From NCBI GenBank assembly GCA_051748045.1, contig JBNJGY010000035.1:7447-22046 (forward strand): a stretch of 14,600 bases of DNA, written 5' to 3'. A model generated the notes under the pieces. The model ran no database searches. It was given only the letters and a program-made list of their open reading frames with translations, and was not told the DNA's origin. Positions within the stretch are counted from its first letter, which is position 1. Each line of letters begins with the position of its first letter. Position numbers and translations under genes: made by a program. The DNA is from Thermotogota bacterium (GTDB lineage: Bacteria; Thermotogota; Thermotogae; Petrotogales; Petrotogaceae). Positions 1 through 6,164 of this stretch are shown here, in pieces.

Positions 1-35
1 CTTCCAACCTCCAACATCCATCTTCCAACAGAAAT
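1..35. repeat. Degenerate heptamer tandem repeat, probably continuing beyond the left window edge
   Basis: Units cttccaa/cctccaa/catccat/cttccaa/cagaaat at 1-7, 8-14, 15-21, 22-28, 29-35. Confidence 0.8.
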
Positions 36-53
36 TGTTATAAAACAATTTCT
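30..53 (-). terminator. Hairpin immediately downstream of the pcp stop; weak terminator or 3' stabiliser
   Basis: Perfect 10-bp stem agaaattgtt-ataa-aacaatttct; AT-rich and no U-tract on the minus strand. Confidence 0.4.
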
Positions 54-54
54 A

Positions 55-696
55 CTAGTGTGTTTTCCCATCAGAATAATTAATATCACTATCATATCTA
101 AAAACAGTTTCAATAATAACTTCAAAAGCTTTTCTAACGGTTTTTATATCCATAGAAGGATTATTCGGTTTATCTACAACTTGTTCGTGTATAAAAGGAA
201 TGTGAACAAAGCCACCCTTTATATTTTTATAATTTTTATCTATATAATATAAAAGTCCATACATAAGATTATTACAGACAAAAGTACCAGCTGAATTACT
301 AACAGTTGCTGGAATTTTTTTTCTTCTTAATTCTTTCACAATTGCTTTTATAGGCAAAGAAGAAAAATAAGCATTTTCACCATCATCAAAAATTTTTTCA
401 TCTATTGGGCTATTTCCTTCATTGTCTGATATTCTAGCATCGTTTACATTTAAAGCAACTCTTTCTGGAGTTATTGCAGTTCTTCCTCCAGCTTGCCCCG
501 TACAAATAACAACATCTGGTTGATATCTTTGAATCTCTTCCTCTAAATAATAAATAGCTTTATTAAAAACAGTTGGAATTTCTGACTTAAAGACTTTAAT
601 ATCACCATAATTATCTTTCATCCTTTTTATAGCTTCCCAAGAAGGATTTATCTTCTCCCCACCAAATGGTGTAAATCCTGTTATCAAAACTCTCAT
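55..696 (-). CDS. pcp: Pyrrolidone-carboxylate peptidase (pyroglutamyl peptidase I, peptidase C15)
   Basis: VLITGFTPFGGEKINPSW start, GQAGGR, catalytic triad motifs PERVA (Glu), AGTFVCN (Cys), GFVHIP (His); AGGAGG RBS at 703-708. Confidence 0.96.
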   Translation of the reverse strand: MRVLITGFTPFGGEKINPSWEAIKRMKDNYGDIKVFKSEIPTVFNKAIYYLEEEIQRYQPDVVICTGQAGGRTAITPERVALNVNDARISDNEGNSPIDEKIFDDGENAYFSSLPIKAIVKELRRKKIPATVSNSAGTFVCNNLMYGLLYYIDKNYKNIKGGFVHIPFIHEQVVDKPNNPSMDIKTVRKAFEVIIETVFRYDSDINYSDGKTH

Positions 697-816
697 ATTT
701 TTCCTCCTATTTATATAAAGATTTTATTTTTATATTATCTATAATTTGATCCACAAATTTTTAGATTATATAAAACAATTCCAAAATATAAAAACACTGT
801 TAAAAATAGCCCCTGC

Positions 817-951
817 TGTCATTTCGACTAAGCGACAGCGCATGGAGAAATCCGATCAGTAAATTTCACAACGTGAAATTAAGCCTCTAAAACCTTTCAA
901 TTTGCTTTGCAAATTTACTGAAGAGATGTCTCGATCTTGCTCGACATGACA
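817..951. repeat. Palindromic REP-like doublet (two inverted TGTC-tagged hairpin units); possible non-autonomous mobile element
   Basis: Left unit tgtcatttcga...gagaaatc (817-852); right unit on minus strand tgtcatgtcga...gagacatc (951-925); inner perfect 11-bp inverted repeat 856-866/911-921; about 39% GC by hand count against AT-rich flanks. Confidence 0.75.
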
Positions 952-979
952 CACGCAAAGGCTTTAACACTTGTATTTT

Positions 980-1035
980 CTTCCAACATCCAACAGAAAT
1001 CTCTGATTTCTTCTCTTCCATCTTCAAACAGAAAA
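980..1035. repeat. Second heptamer-register repeat block with internal hairpin
   Basis: cttccaa catccaa cagaaat (980-1000) and cttccat cttcaaa cagaaaa (1015-1035), 35 nt apart; hairpin agaaatc-tct-gatttct at 995-1011. Confidence 0.75.
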
Positions 1036-1050
1036 TGCTCTTTACTTTTT

Positions 1051-1059
1051 ATTATATCA
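1051..1059 (-). promoter_or_regulatory. Candidate extended -10 promoter (TG-A-TATAAT) pointing toward the repeat element and pcp
   Basis: Plus strand attatatca reads TGATATAAT on the minus strand; AT-rich context lowers its significance. Confidence 0.4.
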
Positions 1060-1113
1060 AACTATAAAGGAATTAATTAATCAACCGATATATTAATTGA
1101 CGAGGGGGGTTAT

Positions 1114-1509
1114 ATGAGCAAAGATATTTTGTTATTTTACAAATTAAATTATTCAAATTATGTTTTTAAACTAAAAAATAAATTAGAAGATAAATTTGAA
1201 AAGACTTTGGACATTGAAGTCTATGATAAAGGTATATCAAAAGAAATATTAGATGATTTATTTAAAAATTATAAATTTATACTTTTTATCATTGACAAAG
1301 ATCAACAAAAAAGCCTATACGAAAAGTTCAATTCTTATAAAAATTATTCTGAAAGAATTTTATTTTTAGGAGATGAATTAAAAAATGTTACTGAAGGTGA
1401 TGAGTTTTTCAATAACATTTGTTTATCGATTGATATGAAATTAAAAGAATTAGACGAACCCCAAAATGAATATGAATACTTAATAGATGAATACAAAAAA
1501 CATCATTAA
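1114..1509 (+). CDS. Hypothetical protein, possible TIR/flavodoxin-like alpha/beta fold
   Basis: 131-aa ORF with G-rich RBS (gagggggg, 1102-1109) and a terminator right after the stop; alternating hydrophobic strands and amphipathic helices; no firm family call. Confidence 0.75.
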   Translation: MSKDILLFYKLNYSNYVFKLKNKLEDKFEKTLDIEVYDKGISKEILDDLFKNYKFILFIIDKDQQKSLYEKFNSYKNYSERILFLGDELKNVTEGDEFFNNICLSIDMKLKELDEPQNEYEYLIDEYKKHH

Positions 1510-1536
1510 AAGCCATGCTAAAAGCATGGCTTTTTT
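1508..1536. terminator. Bidirectional intrinsic terminator between convergent genes
   Basis: aaaagccatgct-aaa-agcatggctttttt. Confidence 0.9.
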
Positions 1537-1541
1537 GATAC

Positions 1542-2378
1542 TTATCCTTTAACAGAACCTGCTAAAAGACCTCTTATAAAATATTTCCCCAGGATGATGT
1601 ATACAATTAAAGTTGGTAAAGCTGCTATTAATGCACCTGCCATTTGAACATTCCATTCAACAACCTGACTCCCTGCTAAATTAACTAAAGCAACTGTTAT
1701 AGGCTGTTTTGCAGGATTGTTAGTTACAGTTACCGCGAACAAGAATTCATTCCAAATATTTGTGAATTGCCATATAGCTGTTACTACAAAACCAGGTATA
1801 GAAATAGGTAGAATTATTTTTGTGTACATTTGGAAGAAATTAGCGCCATCTATAGAGGCCACTTCAATCAATGAATCAGGAATTTCTTCATAATAGTTTT
1901 TAAACATCAGTGTTGTTATCGGAATACCGTAAATTACATGAATTATTATCAAAGCTGGAATAGAACCATATAATCCTATACTTTGAAAAAACTGTATTAA
2001 AGGAAACAAAACACTTTGATAAGGTATAAACATCCCAAACAACATAATTGCAAAAATTATATTTGAATATTTGAATTTAAGCTTTGCAAATGCTAACCCG
2101 TTCAATGACCCTATAAAAGAAGATATAATAGTAGCTGGTATAGTTAAATATAAACTATTGGCTAAATTAGGAGATAGTTTTTTAAATGCTTCAATAAAAC
2201 CGCCAAATGAAAAAGTTTTTGGAAAATCCCACATTTGCGTGATGGAAATATCTTCTAAAGATTTAAAACTAGTTATCAAAGTTACATAAAATGGGACAAT
2301 AAAAACTAATCCGAGAATCAAAAGAACAAGCATCATTATTATTTTTTTTGTGGATAAACCTTTAGTATTATTCATCAT
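1542..2378 (-). CDS. Carbohydrate ABC transporter permease (MalG/GtsC-like)
   Basis: Six hydrophobic segments; EAA loop IPDSLIEVASIDGA; WNEFLFA; ends GLLAGSVKG; ATGA overlap with the upstream permease. Confidence 0.95.
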   Translation of the reverse strand: MMNNTKGLSTKKIIMMLVLLILGLVFIVPFYVTLITSFKSLEDISITQMWDFPKTFSFGGFIEAFKKLSPNLANSLYLTIPATIISSFIGSLNGLAFAKLKFKYSNIIFAIMLFGMFIPYQSVLFPLIQFFQSIGLYGSIPALIIIHVIYGIPITTLMFKNYYEEIPDSLIEVASIDGANFFQMYTKIILPISIPGFVVTAIWQFTNIWNEFLFAVTVTNNPAKQPITVALVNLAGSQVVEWNVQMAGALIAALPTLIVYIILGKYFIRGLLAGSVKG

Positions 2379-3304
2379 CCCTCACTTCCTTTTCTAAAAG
2401 AACTCCATAAATATGGAATGATTACTATTGCCACCAATAAAAGCATAATTATAGATATAGCAGAACCCATCGCATATCTGTTTGATCTAAAAGTTAGTTC
2501 AAACATATATACAGCTGGCATATCGGTAACATTATTTGGGCCACTACCTGTCATAGCATAAATAAGATCAAATATTTTCAAAGATATATGACCTAATACT
2601 ATCATCGCAGATAAAGTTATAGGTTTAAGCAACGGCATTTTAATCCTCCAAAAAATCTTGGAATCACTAGCTCCATCAACTCTTGATGCCTCTATTATGT
2701 CTGTAGGAATAGCCCTCATTCCTGCTAAATACATGGCCATAATATAACCAGAAAACTGCCATACAGCTGCTAAGATAACTGGAATCAATGCTAAATTAAA
2801 GTTAGCGACAGAATCAGTGCTTGTATACCACTGCCACTGCATAAAATCAAGACCTAATTTATCTAAAAGAAGATTTATCCCTTGTGGGGCATTAGGTATC
2901 CTTCCTGGTGCGAATATCCAACTCATAACTGTACCAGTTACAACAAAAGATATTGCCATAGGGAATAAAAATATATTTTGAAAAAATTTAGATCCTTTTA
3001 ACCCTTTATCCAAAATGTTTGCAAGAAAAAGTCCAATTGCTATACATGATAATATAAAAAAAGCTGTAAAAAACAAAGTGTTCCATAAATCGGATTGAAA
3101 TCTTGGATCCATAAAAAGCCTTTGGAAATTTCTCAAACCAACAAATTTATATTCTCCCATAGCTAAAGAAGCGAAACTATTCCAGTTAGAAAAAGAAGTT
3201 CTAACTGTTAGAAAAATAAAGAAATAAACAAAAATTCCTATTAGAATTAATGAAGGTAAAATAATAATAAAACCCATTCTGGATTTTTTCTTATGTACAG
3301 ACAT
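2375..3304 (-). CDS. Carbohydrate ABC transporter permease (MalF/GtsB-like)
   Basis: FVGLRNF, EAA loop IPTDIIEASRVDGA, FDLIYAMTGSGP; GGGAGG RBS at 3313-3318. Confidence 0.95.
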   Translation of the reverse strand: MSVHKKKSRMGFIIILPSLILIGIFVYFFIFLTVRTSFSNWNSFASLAMGEYKFVGLRNFQRLFMDPRFQSDLWNTLFFTAFFILSCIAIGLFLANILDKGLKGSKFFQNIFLFPMAISFVVTGTVMSWIFAPGRIPNAPQGINLLLDKLGLDFMQWQWYTSTDSVANFNLALIPVILAAVWQFSGYIMAMYLAGMRAIPTDIIEASRVDGASDSKIFWRIKMPLLKPITLSAMIVLGHISLKIFDLIYAMTGSGPNNVTDMPAVYMFELTFRSNRYAMGSAISIIMLLLVAIVIIPYLWSSFRKGSEG

Positions 3305-3326
3305 AAAAAATTCCTCCCGTTTAGTT

Positions 3327-3353
3327 AAAAAGCCCGGTAATTTTTACCGGGCT
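3327..3353 (-). terminator. Intra-operon stem-loop/terminator after the binding-protein gene
   Basis: Perfect 10-bp stem agcccggtaa-ttt-ttaccgggct, ending in a U-run on the minus strand. Confidence 0.85.
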
Positions 3354-3365
3354 ATATAAAAATTA

Positions 3366-4610
3366 TTAATATGCCATTAAACCCGCATCTTCTGCAGCCC
3401 AAAGAATTGATCTTTTGGCATTGCTTGTATTTCCAGTTGTCAATAAAATATTTATAGCATCGTTCATTGATGTGATAAAACTTTCTTCAGCTGCTGATCC
3501 ATGTGCAATTGAAGGAGTTATAATTTTATCTGAAAAATCTTCAATTGTATTTGTTAAATATGGATCGTATTTTGCCATATCAGCATCAATTCTTGCTGGA
3601 ATTGATCCTTTAATTGGGTTAAATGTATCTTGTGCTTCTCTTGTAGCTAAGAATTCTAACCATTTTACAGCATTTTCTCTATTTGGGGCACCTTCTGGCA
3701 ATCCAAAAGTATCAGAAATAAGCATAAATGAATCTTGTGTTCCTGGTAAAGCAAACCAACCAAAGTCTTCTCCTGGTACCCAGCCTAAAGTCTTCATGTA
3801 ACCTTCAGCCCAGTCACCCATAAGATTGAAAACTGCTTCTCCATCATATAACAATCTTGTAGCATCTTGCCAAGTAAGAGCAGCGTGGTCTCTATTGAAA
3901 TAATTTGTCAATTCATAAATTTTATCTAAAGCTCTATCTAAAGCATCTTGATCAAAAGATGATTCACCATTAAATAATTTGTTATATTCTTCTGCACCGT
4001 ATTCAGAAACCATGATTGCTTCAAATAATTGTCCAGCAGGCCATTTGTTTTTGTCTCCCATAGCTAAAGGAACATATCCTGCTTCTTGAACAGTATTCAT
4101 AGCGGTGATGAATTCAGCCCAATTTGTAGGTTCTTCTAAACCTAATTCATCAAATATTTCTTTGTTATAAAAAACTATATTACCTCTATGGACATTTACT
4201 GGAACTGAGTATATTTCACCTTCATAACTAACTATGTCTAATAATCCTTTAGGGAATTTATCTTTTACTCCCCATTCTTCAAAATATTCAGTTAAAGGTT
4301 CCATCATACCTGTTACTACATATGTTGTTGTTAACTCCATACCAGCATGAACTTGAAAAGAATCTGGAGGATTTCCACCAAGCATTCTTGTTTTTAGAAC
4401 AGCTTTAGCATTAGTTCCAGCTCCCCCTGCTACTGCTGCATTTATTATTTCTACATCTGGATTATCTTCTTTAAACAATTCAAATAAAGCTAGTAAACCT
4501 TCTTCTTCTCCTCCACCAGTCCACCAACTAAATATTTCTAATTCACCTGCTGCAAACATTGACGAAAAAACAAACAAAATTGCCAAAAAACTTACTAAAA
4601 GTTTCTTCAT
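3366..4610 (-). CDS. Sugar ABC transporter substrate-binding protein, probably glucose/mannose (GtsA/Thermus GlcE-like)
   Basis: Signal peptide without a lipobox Cys; LEIFSWW, GGAGTNAKAVLKTRMLGGNPPDSFQVHAGMEL, MGDWAEG, FNPIKGSIPARID and HG motifs, as I recall them from Thermus/Pseudomonas glucose-binding proteins; GGGGAGGT RBS at 4618-4625. Confidence 0.93.
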   Translation of the reverse strand: MKKLLVSFLAILFVFSSMFAAGELEIFSWWTGGGEEEGLLALFELFKEDNPDVEIINAAVAGGAGTNAKAVLKTRMLGGNPPDSFQVHAGMELTTTYVVTGMMEPLTEYFEEWGVKDKFPKGLLDIVSYEGEIYSVPVNVHRGNIVFYNKEIFDELGLEEPTNWAEFITAMNTVQEAGYVPLAMGDKNKWPAGQLFEAIMVSEYGAEEYNKLFNGESSFDQDALDRALDKIYELTNYFNRDHAALTWQDATRLLYDGEAVFNLMGDWAEGYMKTLGWVPGEDFGWFALPGTQDSFMLISDTFGLPEGAPNRENAVKWLEFLATREAQDTFNPIKGSIPARIDADMAKYDPYLTNTIEDFSDKIITPSIAHGSAAEESFITSMNDAINILLTTGNTSNAKRSILWAAEDAGLMAY

Positions 4611-4651
4611 AATAAAGACCTCCCCTTTTAAGATAATTCCTGACCTATTAA

Positions 4652-5839
4652 TTAATGCATTAAAATGTAACTATATGGATCGGATATAATCCTTTCCAAT
4701 ACTAAAGCTGCGGCTCCCTTTAAAACTACATCTTCTTTAGTGTTGCTGAAAAGAATTTGGCTTCTACGTGGACCAAATAAATTATCATCTATTATTTTGT
4801 TTATTTCTTTATAGGCTATATTAGAAATATTTTTTAAATTTCCACCTATTATCACTGCTTGAGGGTCTAAAATAGAAATTAAGTTCATTATTGCCATTCC
4901 AGCATATCTGGATATTTCTTTAGCATATTCAATAAACTCTTCGTCTTTTTCTACATTTATTTTATTTAAAATATAATCAATATTACAGTTTTCTCCTCTT
5001 TCTTTTAATCTATTTATAATGTATTTAAAACCTGATTTGTTTTCTAAATAATCTTCTCTTTCTTTGTATCCCAAAATAACATGTCCTATTTCACCAGCCA
5101 TAGAAAAATCTCCTCTGTGGAGTTTCCCATTCAACACTATTCCAGAACCAAATCCTATATCTGAAACAACGAAAATATAATCTCTATAATGCTTACCTTG
5201 GCCAAACCATTTTTCACCAAGAGCCCCTACATTGGCATCGTTGTCTATCCAAGTTTTAACTTTATATTTTTTTTCTAATCTTTCTTTTAAATTTACATCT
5301 TTCCAAGCCTCAAAATAAGAAGGAGTAGCTATAATTTTTCCAGTAGTAAACTCTATAGGTGCTGGAATACCAATTCCAATACCATTTACATCTTCAATTG
5401 ATATTCCTGTATTCTTAATTACTGAATCTATTATTTCAATAAGAATTTTTATAGAATTATTGTTTGCTACATCGCTTGAAAATTCTTTTGAAGAGGAATA
5501 CAATAAATTTGACTCTGTATCATATAAGCCTACTTTAATATTACTTCTAGATATGTTTATTCCTATAATTTTAAATGCATCTTTTTTAATTTTTAATAAA
5601 GTTTTTTTCCTTCCACTTTTTGTTGACTTACTACCTACTTCTTCAATAAAATCTACATTTATTAGTTCATTAATGATATTCGTTACTGTTGTTCTAGTTA
5701 ATCCAGATAAACTGGCAATATCAGCTCTTGATATAGGAGCTAAAGAGTGTAAGATCTCTAAGACTGTTGATCTATTATTTTTTTTTACTTCAATAAAATT
5801 TAATCCTGAATTTTTTCTATAATTATCTATATTTTTCAT
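4652..5839 (-). CDS. ROK-family transcriptional repressor (XylR/NagC-like)
   Basis: N-terminal HTH ISRADIASLSGLTRTTVTNIINEL, GRK linker, DNDANVGALGE, GFGSGIVLNGKLHRG...AGEIGH; GAGGTG RBS at 5845-5850. Confidence 0.95.
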   Translation of the reverse strand: MKNIDNYRKNSGLNFIEVKKNNRSTVLEILHSLAPISRADIASLSGLTRTTVTNIINELINVDFIEEVGSKSTKSGRKKTLLKIKKDAFKIIGINISRSNIKVGLYDTESNLLYSSSKEFSSDVANNNSIKILIEIIDSVIKNTGISIEDVNGIGIGIPAPIEFTTGKIIATPSYFEAWKDVNLKERLEKKYKVKTWIDNDANVGALGEKWFGQGKHYRDYIFVVSDIGFGSGIVLNGKLHRGDFSMAGEIGHVILGYKEREDYLENKSGFKYIINRLKERGENCNIDYILNKINVEKDEEFIEYAKEISRYAGMAIMNLISILDPQAVIIGGNLKNISNIAYKEINKIIDDNLFGPRRSQILFSNTKEDVVLKGAAALVLERIISDPYSYILMH

Positions 5840-5858
5840 ATTAACACCTCAAAATTAA

Positions 5859-5879
5859 TTAGTAAATCAATTTGATTAA
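5859..5879. promoter_or_regulatory. Candidate ROK operator 1
   Basis: ttagtaaa-tcaat-ttgattaa imperfect palindrome; 18/21 identical to 5977-5997. Confidence 0.55.
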
Positions 5880-5976
5880 ATCACTTTTTTTATAAAAATC
5901 AAAACCCATATAAATCTCTTTTAACTCAATTATTAGCAATTATTCACAATAATTTAATGATATTTGAAAAATGCTA

Positions 5977-5997
5977 ATAATAAATCAATTTTATTAA
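5977..5997. promoter_or_regulatory. Candidate ROK operator 2
   Basis: ataataaa-tcaat-tttattaa (arms match 7/8); 18/21 identical to 5859-5879. Confidence 0.5.
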
Positions 5998-6119
5998 TTG
6001 CTTTATTTTGTAGAATCCGATTAGTTTCATTAAAGAAGTTTTCAAGTGATTTTTAAGGGTTATGCCCGTTTATGTTTAATTAACTTTTGTTTACTACACT
6101 TTAAAAAACTATTCGTTAA

Positions 6120-6128
6120 TGATATAAT
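6120..6128 (+). promoter_or_regulatory. Candidate extended -10 promoter for pit-DUF47
   Basis: TG-A-TATAAT ending 36 nt upstream of the likely ATG at 6165. Confidence 0.55.
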
Positions 6129-6164
6129 AGTTCTCACATAAATTTATAATAGTTGGTGATAAAA

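Noticed and set aside
58..252. 64-aa plus-strand ORF
   Set aside because: Antisense shadow of pcp with no recognisable motif
39..780. 12-bp direct repeat tataaaacaatt (39-50 and 769-780) flanking pcp as a target-site duplication
   Set aside because: Almost all A/T; about one such match per kb region is expected by chance at this composition
817..951. Palindromic element as a tRNA or known riboswitch
   Set aside because: No cloverleaf or T-loop and no aptamer or T-box motif I can recognise; symmetry fits a REP-type repeat better (Rfam search not run)
887..1021. 44-aa minus-strand ORF (MEEKKSEISVGCWKK...) through the repeats, as a leader peptide
   Set aside because: No convincing RBS; sequence is explained by the repeat/palindrome and uses codons atypical for this window
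1..1035. Repeats as a CRISPR array
   Set aside because: Units are degenerate heptamers, spacing is irregular (965 and 35 nt), there are no unique fixed-length spacers and no cas genes
2071..5822. Plus-strand ORFs 2071-2289, 3415-3801 and 5460-5822
   Set aside because: Antisense shadows of well-supported ABC and ROK genes
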